Positions 37,984 through 47,228 of a DNA stretch of 58,620 bases are shown piece after piece (positions within the stretch are counted from its first letter, which is position 1; every line of letters starts with the position of its first letter). The DNA is from a virus (lineage: Duplodnaviria > Caudoviricetes). The notes under the pieces were generated by a model. That model had not been told where the DNA came from. It saw nothing but the letters and a program-made list of their open reading frames with translations, and did no database searches. The position numbers and the translations under genes were made by a program. The DNA lies in the IMG/VR virus record IMGVR_UViG_3300031841_004380, positions 1 through 58,620 of that record. One strand, written 5' to 3'.

Positions 37984-39024
37984 ATGAGTACATATACGGC
38001 TGTAGCCCGTGAAAGCACAAATACAATAAAATTCAATACAATCAAAGAGAAGCAAAACGATTATTATTATTTGATACTGAGAGATAAAACCGTAATTAAT
38101 CCTGATCAGAGTGTAGGTATCAATACTGATCCTATATTGCCATCTCAACGAAAAACAAAAGCAACAAATAATAACTCTTTCACTAATAGTATCTATCCTC
38201 AAAATACGGCTGTATTTAGAAATATAGATGTTCCATATTTAGGCATCAAAAACAACATACCTTTGCCTGACCCTTCGCTATTTTATACTCAAAACGTAGG
38301 CGAAAGTCTGTCTGCTCATGAATTAAAGAAAATTTCTGATACGAGTGTAACTACTTTTACGCAAAATTTTTACAATAAAAAGCAAAACAAAGAATTTTTT
38401 ATTGGTAGAGAAGATGCAAATACTATATACAATTATTATGCACCTGACACATCTCTAGCAATGCAGCAAATATTGCAAGATTTTATTGATAATCAAATTA
38501 ATACACAAAATGCACAGGATATTAGTGCTCAAAATCTTAACGTAGAATATTTTTATTACAGATCTATGGCTGGTACTTGTCCTGGCTGTGTGGTAGAAGG
38601 TGGAGACTTTTCGTTACGGTTTGGTGTCAGTTTTCCCAGTGGAGATGGGCCTCTTAATAATGAACAAGGCTTCCCTTTAGTGGCGTCAAGCTGTGCAGAG
38701 TTAGAACAAGAGATAGCCAACACGCTAGCAAGCTATAGCGATACTTCTATGGAGTTGGGTTATCCTATCGACTGGACTATTACATACAAAGACGGTACTG
38801 TGGTTAGTGGCTCTGGATGTGAAAATGTACCGGAAGATTTTGCAGACGCTTCATCGCAATCTTTTGCTGGATTAAGTGGACCAGGGTGCGAGGCTCTAGC
38901 TACACAATATTCAGGTATCAATATATATTTTGATAGTTTTGATACAGAGGTAGTTGTCTCAAGTAGTGGTACTGTACCAATCGTTGGTACTCCATGTTCA
39001 GATTTATTTGGCAGATTAATATAG
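37984..39024 (+). CDS. cassette 4 A-like/B fusion (subtype B1 core)
   Basis: MSTY...YPQNTAVF...VPYL; YFYYRSMAGTCPGC..EGGDFSLR.GVSFPSGDGP...GYPIDWT...VSGSGCENVPED...GTPCSDLFG. Confidence 0.8.
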   Translation: MSTYTAVARESTNTIKFNTIKEKQNDYYYLILRDKTVINPDQSVGINTDPILPSQRKTKATNNNSFTNSIYPQNTAVFRNIDVPYLGIKNNIPLPDPSLFYTQNVGESLSAHELKKISDTSVTTFTQNFYNKKQNKEFFIGREDANTIYNYYAPDTSLAMQQILQDFIDNQINTQNAQDISAQNLNVEYFYYRSMAGTCPGCVVEGGDFSLRFGVSFPSGDGPLNNEQGFPLVASSCAELEQEIANTLASYSDTSMELGYPIDWTITYKDGTVVSGSGCENVPEDFADASSQSFAGLSGPGCEALATQYSGINIYFDSFDTEVVVSSSGTVPIVGTPCSDLFGRLI

Positions 39025-39038
39025 CTAGTGAGGTAATT

Positions 39039-39980
39039 ATGCGTTTAAGCCAAGCGGTAGAAATACAACAAATTTTATCTACAAATCAAAAAAATCAAGC
39101 AAGTGAGACGTGCCCTACTCACGAAACCATTCTTAGTAATCAATGGATTGAGAGAGGTTTAATCTCAAGTCCAGGAACAGCGTGGCGAGCAGTCGGAATC
39201 GGAAATTTTAAAACATGCGATTCATTTTGCCCAGACAATCCTATCGATTGTGATGGTTTACCCATAGATCCTGGAAGTGGTCTACCAATAATGGGAGGAA
39301 GTCATCCTTGCAAGAAAAAAAATGCGGGATGTAGTTACACTAAAATAGGCAGTGGCACTAGGTTTGGGCAGCCGTTCTCATGTGTCTGCGGCAATTCAAT
39401 TATGGGTGTTAAGTGTAGTAGTGCTGGGAGTGAAAAAATTGTAGGAACAGTTTCAAGCCCATCTACTTCTAGAAAAAGATCGTGCAATAGAGAAGCTTGG
39501 CAAGCCAAGGTAACCAAAATGCGTTTCTATCCTGTACTTGGTGAACGACGCACAGGTGTTGCGTTGGGTGACGATGCGTTCTCAACAAGTATTAGCTATG
39601 AAGGTAATTTTTATGCTTTTAGATTTGGCACATCACAAGATTTACAGAAGTGGATTGATTATAAAACTCGAAACAGAGCTGCTAGGATGAATAACTTTAG
39701 CTTAGATATGTCAGTTGCAGAGTATACGTCTGGTAATCAAATAAATTTTATTTCTGTATCTGATCTTATGACGCCTATTGATCAGGGAGTTGTGAAGACT
39801 TCATCAGGCTATTTACCATATATGATAGTGGGTAAAAGTTTCTCTGGAAGCGCAAACCGTGCGTCTGGTAGTGTGGAGATAGCAAATATACACAAAGATA
39901 GTATAACTGGCCCTCAAGTTTATCGTGAACTTAGTGGACTATTTAATATAGCACAAATGGAATTAAAATCATTCACTTAA
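39039..39980 (+). CDS. cassette 4 module C (Cys-rich N-half, variable)
   Basis: GAGG RBS before ATG 39039. Confidence 0.75.
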   Translation: MRLSQAVEIQQILSTNQKNQASETCPTHETILSNQWIERGLISSPGTAWRAVGIGNFKTCDSFCPDNPIDCDGLPIDPGSGLPIMGGSHPCKKKNAGCSYTKIGSGTRFGQPFSCVCGNSIMGVKCSSAGSEKIVGTVSSPSTSRKRSCNREAWQAKVTKMRFYPVLGERRTGVALGDDAFSTSISYEGNFYAFRFGTSQDLQKWIDYKTRNRAARMNNFSLDMSVAEYTSGNQINFISVSDLMTPIDQGVVKTSSGYLPYMIVGKSFSGSANRASGSVEIANIHKDSITGPQVYRELSGLFNIAQMELKSFT

Positions 39981-39993
39981 TATAAAAACTAAT

Positions 39994-40362
39994 ATGAGTA
40001 CACGCACAGCAACATCATCTCAATCTAAAAATAATGTTTCTTTCAACCGAAAGCCTGGTGGCTATCTGAATTATGACTCAGAAGAATCATTGTATGATCT
40101 TCGGGATGTAAGTCGTGCTATAGCAGAAAAGGGTGTCGGATCATTGATGCAAACAGACCCCACAAGCTTAGCTATACCAGAAAGAACCGCCTATCATCCA
40201 CACTTTGTAGATACGGCGCCTATGATTAATTTTTACTCTTTAAATCGTTGGTATATACCATATTTGCCATTATCTTCAGATCTTAGTTATCTGCCACTTA
40301 GCGACACAGTTACATTTTATGATTTAACTAAGCAAGGGCAAAACAGAATCAGATTTGCTTAA
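39994..40362 (+). CDS. cassette 5 module A (AYHP family)
   Basis: MSTRTAT...NNVSFN...TAYHPHF...NRWYIPYLP. Confidence 0.8.
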   Translation: MSTRTATSSQSKNNVSFNRKPGGYLNYDSEESLYDLRDVSRAIAEKGVGSLMQTDPTSLAIPERTAYHPHFVDTAPMINFYSLNRWYIPYLPLSSDLSYLPLSDTVTFYDLTKQGQNRIRFA

Positions 40363-40380
40363 TATTCCAAGGAGACTATA

Positions 40381-41310
40381 ATGCTTGGTCCTCAATTATC
40401 AAAAAATCAAATAGAAGCTGTTAAACAAGCACAATCAGATAGCAATAATACACAGGGGTTCCCTGCGAAAACTCCAGTAAGCGATAAAAATCCTATTGAA
40501 AAAGTTCATGACGCAATAGACAGATTGAAAAGAAGAGAAGACAGAGACAGGTTGCACGGATGTATATTTAAAAATATTGGATGCATGGGTTTGGATCCGC
40601 TTGAATTATTGGTCAAAATTTTTGATGGAAATTTTGAACCATGTAGAGATGCTGGTATTTGTCAAAAAGATAGATGCAACGGATGCTGCACCAATGAGCC
40701 TTGTTGTGGCAAACCAGACTGTGATAATCATATATTAATATCTATAGATTTATGGTCAGATGTCGACTCCATTACTAGACCTTCTAATGATATAATAGAT
40801 AATATAAAAGCTCCAGAAATACCAGTATTAGAAGACCAGGAGCTTGGTATTATAGGTGAATATATGGATGCATATGCTCCTGTTTGTCCAAGATGTGTAG
40901 TAAATGGCTTGCAGATGGATGGCGGCGTTAGCTTTCCTGACAACGATGGGCCAATTGATGCTAGCGGTGGATATCCTCTTAACTTTGGATCCTGCTCGGA
41001 TTATTATAACGAAATAGCTACCCACAGCGGCACTTCGGCGGTGCTGAGTGAGTTTACATGGAGTTTTACTTATCTAGATAGTACTTTTGTAGGGGGTACT
41101 TCAGTAAATCCATGTGCAGATTTACCAGCAGATGTTATTGACGCTTTTACCTACGACGGTGAACAAAGCCCAACAATATGCAGCGAAGCTGCTGAATCAT
41201 ACAGCAACATCGATATTTCTTTTAGTAGTGCTAGCTATACTGTTCAAAAACAATCATTGCCACCAATTTCTGGTCAACAAAAATGTGGTTCATTCTGGGA
41301 GACAACATAA
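40381..41310 (+). CDS. cassette 5 module B (subtype B2, with an extra Cys cluster)
   Basis: CPRC.VNGLQM.GGVSFP.NDGPID.SGGYPLN..SC.DY...GTSAV..E.TW.FTYLD. Confidence 0.8.
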   Translation: MLGPQLSKNQIEAVKQAQSDSNNTQGFPAKTPVSDKNPIEKVHDAIDRLKRREDRDRLHGCIFKNIGCMGLDPLELLVKIFDGNFEPCRDAGICQKDRCNGCCTNEPCCGKPDCDNHILISIDLWSDVDSITRPSNDIIDNIKAPEIPVLEDQELGIIGEYMDAYAPVCPRCVVNGLQMDGGVSFPDNDGPIDASGGYPLNFGSCSDYYNEIATHSGTSAVLSEFTWSFTYLDSTFVGGTSVNPCADLPADVIDAFTYDGEQSPTICSEAAESYSNIDISFSSASYTVQKQSLPPISGQQKCGSFWETT

Positions 41311-42299
41311 TGGCATGTAACTGGATAGTAGGTGAAGAAATAGAAAATGTAAATTATAACTCTGATTTATATGGAAGAGTGCTTTGGGGTCCTCCAGTAT
41401 ATAGAACAGATGAAAGAGGCCATAGAATCCTTGTAGGCCCAGCTCCTTTTCCTTGCCAACCGAAATTTATAACCAATGGTGCTTGTGTCGGGGGAGAAAA
41501 GGATATTACAACAACAATACCTAAAGATGGCAGCCTAGACGAACATTCATCGTTAGATTTAAAGGCGTGGTGGACTGATGATTATGACCCTTACGACAGG
41601 AACAAAAGAAAAACTGCACCAACATTTGAAATAGACGATGTATGTCCAGACCTCAATACAGCAAGCGAAATTATCAATCGATACAATAACCCAAAAACCA
41701 ACAAAGCATCACCCATGCGTAAGCAGGCCACCTGCGAACGGCGTTTGGGTGGACCATTGACATTTAGTGGGTTCCCCGACTGTAAATATACTGATTACAT
41801 AAAAAATGGATTTGTCGTAAATTACCATTATGAAACTATAAGTATAACATTTGATTCAATAGTAATAAAAAATCTTATGCAAAAAGAAAAAGAATATTTG
41901 CTTAGTCAATTTAGCGAAGAAGAAATCAAAGGCAGGACTTTTAATTTTGGTGCTAGCACTAATCTTATAGATACAAAAGCACTACAATCGGGTGGTGTGA
42001 CTCTTGATCATGAAGAAAAAATTCCCACTAGGTTAAATATTGATTTTTTACAAATAGATAAATATAATCCGGTAGGTGTAAGTGCTAACTACAGAAATTG
42101 GGCTTGGAGTTGGGAATACGCGATTCCAAATTTAGCAACATTAAATAAAATGGGAATTGTATCAATTGAATTCGGCGTAAACTCGCAATGCTTTTTAACA
42201 GAGTGCCCCTTACCACCCTTCACTCCCACTGAATCTTATCATCTAGAACAATGGTACTACACTGATAACACAGATATACAAATTAATAGATTATTATGA
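41310..42299 (+). CDS. cassette 5 module C (variable cargo)
   Basis: TAATG-coupled to B; GGAG RBS; MACNW... Confidence 0.75.
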   Translation: MACNWIVGEEIENVNYNSDLYGRVLWGPPVYRTDERGHRILVGPAPFPCQPKFITNGACVGGEKDITTTIPKDGSLDEHSSLDLKAWWTDDYDPYDRNKRKTAPTFEIDDVCPDLNTASEIINRYNNPKTNKASPMRKQATCERRLGGPLTFSGFPDCKYTDYIKNGFVVNYHYETISITFDSIVIKNLMQKEKEYLLSQFSEEEIKGRTFNFGASTNLIDTKALQSGGVTLDHEEKIPTRLNIDFLQIDKYNPVGVSANYRNWAWSWEYAIPNLATLNKMGIVSIEFGVNSQCFLTECPLPPFTPTESYHLEQWYYTDNTDIQINRLL

Positions 42300-43195
42300 A
42301 AAAAATTAGCTTATTACCATATATCAGAGAAGATATTTTTGGATTAGATTCCAATAGTGGTCAGTTTTATGGCTGGGAAATTATTAAATTTGAGATACAA
42401 AAATATTGGAAATATAGCATGGGAGAAGGCGTTAAGGTAGCAGTCATAGATACTGGATGTGATCTTAACCATAATGATCTTAAAGAAAATTTAATAGCTG
42501 GATTTAATTTTGTTAATGAAGGTTCTGATCCTCAAGATGGTAATGCTCATGGCACTCATGTAGCAGGAACAATAGCTGCTAGTGATAATAACTTAGGGAT
42601 GGTGGGTGTGGCCCCAAGGACGAAAATCATCCCTGTTAAAAGTTTGGGTGACAACGGCTCAGGAAATTTAAAAGACGTCGTTGAAGGGATCATATGGGCC
42701 GCTGACAACGATGCTGACATACTTACCATGAGTCTAGGAAGCCCCACTTCCTCACGCCATATGCAAAACGCCATCAATTATGCGGCCGGTAAAGGTTGTC
42801 TTATTTTTTGTGCTGCTGGAAATAGTGGCCCTAGTAATGATATCATGTTTCCTGCTAGATATAACAATACTATCAGTATCGCAGCAATAGACTCTAATCT
42901 TAATCGGACTAGTTTTAGCTGTAGCGGAAAAAGCCTAGACTTTCTAACACCAGGCAAAGATATTCTTAGTTGTGTGCCTGGAAATCGTTATGCTAAAATG
43001 AGCGGTACAAGTATGAGCAATCCTTTTGCAGCAGCTTGTGCTTCGTTAGCTATTTCTGGTTTAGGCAGAAGAATAACTAGAGACGAATTTATCAAACTAT
43101 TTAAGAAAACAGCACAGAGCTTAAAAGACCCTAAGTATAAAGGCGATAAGAAGTATGAAGGTTATGGCATCCTATACCCTATTGTACCTGCCTGA
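42296..43195 (+). CDS. subtilisin-like serine protease (S8)
   Basis: VAVIDTG, HGTHVAGTI, AAGNSG, SGTSMS. Confidence 0.95.
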   Translation: MKKISLLPYIREDIFGLDSNSGQFYGWEIIKFEIQKYWKYSMGEGVKVAVIDTGCDLNHNDLKENLIAGFNFVNEGSDPQDGNAHGTHVAGTIAASDNNLGMVGVAPRTKIIPVKSLGDNGSGNLKDVVEGIIWAADNDADILTMSLGSPTSSRHMQNAINYAAGKGCLIFCAAGNSGPSNDIMFPARYNNTISIAAIDSNLNRTSFSCSGKSLDFLTPGKDILSCVPGNRYAKMSGTSMSNPFAAACASLAISGLGRRITRDEFIKLFKKTAQSLKDPKYKGDKKYEGYGILYPIVPA

Positions 43196-43257
43196 CCTGC
43201 ATCATTAGTAAGAGTGTACAGTGTGTATGTCAAGCTATAAAATTTTTATTTGTGGAC

Positions 43258-43285
43258 TTGACTTTTTAGATTTCGGTGTTAGAAT
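43258..43285 (+). promoter_or_regulatory. sigma70-like promoter
   Basis: TTGACT-16 nt-TAGAAT with a TG extension. Confidence 0.55.
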
Positions 43286-43305
43286 AGTTTGTCAGAGGAG
43301 ACAAA

Positions 43306-43491
43306 ATGGAAGAGTATGACGTTAGAAAGCAAGTTAGAAAAACCTCTATAGGAAATAAAAAATCCACCAAGAGATTTTCTGATCATATTGAGCAAAAAAA
43401 TGCTAGACATCAAAAGCATGATTTTAAGCACAAGAAAACTGACATAGAACAAGAAGAACTCTGGGAGGAGTGGGAAAAATACTACAACTAA
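43306..43491 (+). CDS. small charged protein
   Basis: GAGGAG RBS. Confidence 0.65.
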   Translation: MEEYDVRKQVRKTSIGNKKSTKRFSDHIEQKNARHQKHDFKHKKTDIEQEELWEEWEKYYN

Positions 43492-43492
43492 A

Positions 43493-43723
43493 ATGTGGCG
43501 AATTAGGAACTTTTTTAAAGCATTATTTTGGCACATAAGCAAAGGAATGCCAAAATCATCGAATTTTGAAATAGAGACCAGATTTAATATCTGTTCAGCA
43601 TGTGAGTCTTTTGATAAAGAAAATAAAGAATGTACAGAGTGTGGGTGCGGGATTTCAAAGAAGAAAGAATTTTTCAATAAATTAGCATGGCAGGATCAAA
43701 AATGCCCACTAGGAAAATGGTGA
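43493..43723 (+). CDS. Cys-rich DUF6171-like protein
   Basis: R..ICSAC......CTECGC...K..W....CPLGKW. Confidence 0.7.
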   Translation: MWRIRNFFKALFWHISKGMPKSSNFEIETRFNICSACESFDKENKECTECGCGISKKKEFFNKLAWQDQKCPLGKW

Positions 43724-44247
43724 GTGATAGATACCGTAAATTCCCCACACTAAGACAAGATATCTTTAGTGAGGTTAGGAATGTCGTTAATACTCAGGAT
43801 ATCCACGTTGTCATTCCCAATGTATGCGGGTTGGACATAAATAACCAATCTAGATTTTCCTTAAGTCTATACGATCAATACCCGATAATCCTAGAGAACC
43901 TCTCGTTGCTGAACGCTAAAAAGCTTGGTGACAACCAAATAATTGTGGCTTATGAGAATTCTAATTCTAAATCTAAAATTATTGTAGCCAATATGTTTTG
44001 TAATGGAAAGAAAGACAAGATTACTCAAAGGATTATTAACTATGGAGCATTATCAGCATGTATGCTTCATCTTAGAGCCTATTGCAAGCAATTAACATCT
44101 TCAGATAAAGAACATAAAGTACAAATACATTCTCCTAAAATAGGCTTAGGATTTGCTGGTGGTGATTGGCGAACGATATCTAATTTAATAGAAGACATTT
44201 GGTGTTACGACTTCGGAGTTTATATTTATGAACCCACCCACAATTGA
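43687..44247 (+). CDS. macro-domain-like protein (divergent)
   Basis: IIVANMF and SPKIGLGFAGGDW..I..LI; start codon uncertain. Confidence 0.7.
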   Translation: MAGSKMPTRKMVSDRYRKFPTLRQDIFSEVRNVVNTQDIHVVIPNVCGLDINNQSRFSLSLYDQYPIILENLSLLNAKKLGDNQIIVAYENSNSKSKIIVANMFCNGKKDKITQRIINYGALSACMLHLRAYCKQLTSSDKEHKVQIHSPKIGLGFAGGDWRTISNLIEDIWCYDFGVYIYEPTHN

Positions 44248-44395
44248 TCTGTCTGTGCTTTTCTTAATCTCTATGGGAGTTATAATAGGGATTATGAATG
44301 GTTTGCAAAACATTAAAGAAACCAGATCAGGCAACAGACCAGCTGCCCCAAAAACCAAAGACAAATTTGTATACGTCTACATGGATTTTCAATGA
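44228..44395 (+). CDS. small membrane protein
   Basis: Read by hand: MNPPTIDLSVLFLISMGVIIG...; GGAG upstream. Confidence 0.5.
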   Translation: MNPPTIDLSVLFLISMGVIIGIMNGLQNIKETRSGNRPAAPKTKDKFVYVYMDFQ

Positions 44396-44925
44396 ACAAA
44401 CTAAAAAACCAGAGATGTTATCTGGCTGGTGCAATAGACAGGGTTTCTGATAGAGGTTCTACTTGGAGGGATTTTATAACTCCTTTCTTAGAAAGCTTAC
44501 AAGTTACTGTATTTAATCCTTTAAAAAAACCTACTAATATTGCCGTCGAAGATGAAAACGTAGCAGCATATAAGCTACAGTTAAAAAAGCATAAGAGGTT
44601 TGATGAATTATCAGAACTAATGAAGAATATTAGGTCGGTAGATCTAAGGATGGTTGATATTAGTGATTTCTTAATAGTAAATCTAGACTTAGACACTCAT
44701 CCATGCGGAACATTAGAAGAAATTTTTTGGGCGAATAGACAAAAGAAACCTATTATAATTCATATGGAGCAAGGCAAACAAAATGCTCCTGACTGGTTGT
44801 TCGGCACTATTCCTCATGAAATGATTTTTAGCGAATGGGAAGAAGTGCAAGAATACCTTGTTTATGTTAATTCGTTTTTCAAGCTAGACAAACCTAAAAG
44901 ATGGTGCTTTTTCGATTATGAATGA
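44392..44925 (+). CDS. nucleoside 2-deoxyribosyltransferase-like protein
   Basis: YLAG, FNP, VDLRMVD.SD, GT.EE..A....KPII. Confidence 0.78.
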   Translation: MNKLKNQRCYLAGAIDRVSDRGSTWRDFITPFLESLQVTVFNPLKKPTNIAVEDENVAAYKLQLKKHKRFDELSELMKNIRSVDLRMVDISDFLIVNLDLDTHPCGTLEEIFWANRQKKPIIIHMEQGKQNAPDWLFGTIPHEMIFSEWEEVQEYLVYVNSFFKLDKPKRWCFFDYE

Positions 44926-45772
44926 AATTCCTATGCATGACATGAAGTGTCTTATAGAGTTTAATGATGGCTATGAGACTCTTATACAAAAAGGCACTGA
45001 ATATGCAAAAACTAAAAACATAGCAATTGTTACACTTGCACGTAATTCGTCAGAAAACATAGGGAATAACCTGAACTTCCTATCTGAACAAATAGAACCT
45101 AAGTTTAATTCTTGTCACTATTACATATACGAGAATGATTCTTCAGATAACACTCCAGAAATTATAGGTGATTGGGCAAAGACGAAAGACAATGTTGTTT
45201 TTGTAACAGAAAAACTAGACACCCCATACATGCCTCTTTCTACCTCTACTACTCGCACAGAAAATTTAGCTAAAGCAAGAAATAAGTATGTCGATTATAT
45301 AGAATCTATCAAGGATAAGCTTGACTATGTTATAGTATTAGATAGTGATTTCCGAGCCTTTTCTATCAAGGGTTTATTAAATTCATTCGGCTGGCTTAGT
45401 GAAAAACCAGAAGCCAGTGCAATAGCAGGATTTTCTTTTCTTCACAAAATTACCAATTTCCCCAATGGTACAGAATCTAAACATCCTCTATTGACTAATT
45501 ATGATTCGTGGGCATATAGACACACTTGGTGGAGTGATACACAACAAAATGGTCTTATGTATTGGTTTCAGTGGTGGATACCTCTTATTGGTTCCCCGCT
45601 AATTAAAGTCAACAGTGCTTTTGGCGGTTGTTGTATCTACAATGTAAAAGACTTTTGCTCTGCTAGATATAGTGGAGAAAATTGTGAACACGTTTTATTT
45701 AACCAAAAAATAACTCGCACCAATCCCAGCTTTGGCCTATATGTTAATCCATCTCAAATTATGTATGTATAA
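44918..45772 (+). CDS. GT-A glycosyltransferase (CAP59/mannosyltransferase-like)
   Basis: YENDSSDNT, LAKARN, DSD, YDSWA, VNSAFGG, CEH. Confidence 0.78.
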   Translation: MNEIPMHDMKCLIEFNDGYETLIQKGTEYAKTKNIAIVTLARNSSENIGNNLNFLSEQIEPKFNSCHYYIYENDSSDNTPEIIGDWAKTKDNVVFVTEKLDTPYMPLSTSTTRTENLAKARNKYVDYIESIKDKLDYVIVLDSDFRAFSIKGLLNSFGWLSEKPEASAIAGFSFLHKITNFPNGTESKHPLLTNYDSWAYRHTWWSDTQQNGLMYWFQWWIPLIGSPLIKVNSAFGGCCIYNVKDFCSARYSGENCEHVLFNQKITRTNPSFGLYVNPSQIMYV

Positions 45773-45781
45773 AGGAAAATA

Positions 45782-46846
45782 ATGATAAACTTACTTGCCC
45801 CCTTAAATAATACTACTGGCTATGGCATTACTTCCACTAACATATGGAAGCAGTTGAATAAACTTACAGACACATATATTTTTCCTATTGGTGGTATATC
45901 ATTAGAGACAGAAGGTGATCAGGAAATTGCACAGGAAGCTATTCAAAGAACATTAACTGGAGAAAGTAAAGACGCCCCATGTTTAAAAATATGGCATATG
46001 CACGATTTATTTTCTAGAGTAGGTAGTGGCAAGTATGGTGTTTTTCCGTTTTTTGAAATAGATAAACTTAAGCCAATCGAATTAGCTTGCCTAAAACATG
46101 CAGATATTATCTTTGCTACTTGTGAATGGGCCAAACAAATATATGTGGATAATGGAATTTCTGCAGATAAAATTGTAATAGCTCCACTGGCCGCAGATCA
46201 CAATGTATTCAATCCGGATATTACACTTCCACAAATGAACACACCATATAAGTTCATTAACATTGGCAAGTGGGAAATTAGAAAAAGTCACGATCTACTT
46301 GTTCATATTTTCAATGAAGCTTTTACAGAAAAAGACAACGTTGAATTACATATGGTAAACCACAATCCATTCCTAAAGCCAGAGCAAGCTCAGGCATGGA
46401 AAGATTTGTATAAAAATAGTAAACTTGGTGACAAAATATTCATACATGACCGAATTCCAACACATAAACAACTCGCTGGACTTATTTCAGAAATGAGTTG
46501 TGGTGTTTATATCTCTAGGGCAGAAGGCTGGAATAATGAGATTTTGGAAACTATGGCCATGAATAAACCTGTGATTGCTACTAATTATTCGGCTCATACA
46601 GCATATTGCAATAAAGATAACAGCTTTTTGGTAGATATGGATGACCTGGAATCTGCTGTAGATAATATGTGGTTTGATGGTTTTGGTAAATGGGCTAAAA
46701 TAGGAGCCAAGCAAGTAGAACAAATTATAGAACACATGAGATATGTCTATAGTAATGATATTCGCGTCAATCCCAATGGTGTTAATACTTCTCAATCTTT
46801 TACCTGGGAAAATACGGCTAAAATAATTTCTAAACACTTATTGTAG
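45782..46846 (+). CDS. GT-B (GT4) glycosyltransferase
   Basis: TGYG, RKSHD, SRAEGW...ETMAM.KPVIAT, FTW. Confidence 0.88.
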   Translation: MINLLAPLNNTTGYGITSTNIWKQLNKLTDTYIFPIGGISLETEGDQEIAQEAIQRTLTGESKDAPCLKIWHMHDLFSRVGSGKYGVFPFFEIDKLKPIELACLKHADIIFATCEWAKQIYVDNGISADKIVIAPLAADHNVFNPDITLPQMNTPYKFINIGKWEIRKSHDLLVHIFNEAFTEKDNVELHMVNHNPFLKPEQAQAWKDLYKNSKLGDKIFIHDRIPTHKQLAGLISEMSCGVYISRAEGWNNEILETMAMNKPVIATNYSAHTAYCNKDNSFLVDMDDLESAVDNMWFDGFGKWAKIGAKQVEQIIEHMRYVYSNDIRVNPNGVNTSQSFTWENTAKIISKHLL

Positions 46847-46861
46847 ATTTTAGGTCGCTGA

Positions 46862-46869
46862 GGTGTATA
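46862..46869 (+). promoter_or_regulatory. GGTGTATA putative late promoter (cassette 6)
   Basis: Exact motif, intergenic, 43 nt before ATG 46905. Confidence 0.62.
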
Positions 46870-46904
46870 TATGAATACGAATCAATATACCAAAATGGTG
46901 ATCT

Positions 46905-47228
46905 ATGGCGACAAGAAAAATCGTATCTCAAATCGATGGCATAAATAATATTAGATTTTCAGAGGTATATGACAATACAAAAATAAGTCAGACTTTTTCT
47001 GAAAACAATGGATCCTATCAGATTGATGAAAATCTTACTTCAAATGAAATAAGCGATAATACCATATCTCCTCCTAGACCCACAACTCCATACGCTTATC
47101 ATCCAACACTAATTAATCGATGCACCTTCGTTAACACCTATATTAATAATGGGCTTTATGTACCTTATGTGTCTGAGAGTTTACAACTTAAACCACCCTC
47201 TATTGAAGAAATATATTACAAAACATGA
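46905..47228 (+). CDS. cassette 6 module A (AYHP family)
   Basis: MATRK...NNIRF...PPRPTTPYAYHP...NTYINNGLYVPY. Confidence 0.8.
   Translation: MATRKIVSQIDGINNIRFSEVYDNTKISQTFSENNGSYQIDENLTSNEISDNTISPPRPTTPYAYHPTLINRCTFVNTYINNGLYVPYVSESLQLKPPSIEEIYYKT

Noticed and set aside
40360-40383. Stop-codon readthrough joining A5 and B5 (same frame, single TAA)
   Set aside because: B5 has its own AGGAG RBS and ATG; gene fission explains the arrangement, and nothing in the sequence supports readthrough.
29786-41310. Diversity-generating retroelement (template/variable repeat) behind the paralogous segments
   Set aside because: No reverse transcriptase lies in the window, the repeats are all inside coding paralogs, and mismatches are not adenine-specific.
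43204-43234. Minus-strand TTGACA suggesting an antisense promoter into the subtilisin gene
   Set aside because: There is no well-spaced -10 hexamer and no minus-strand gene downstream.
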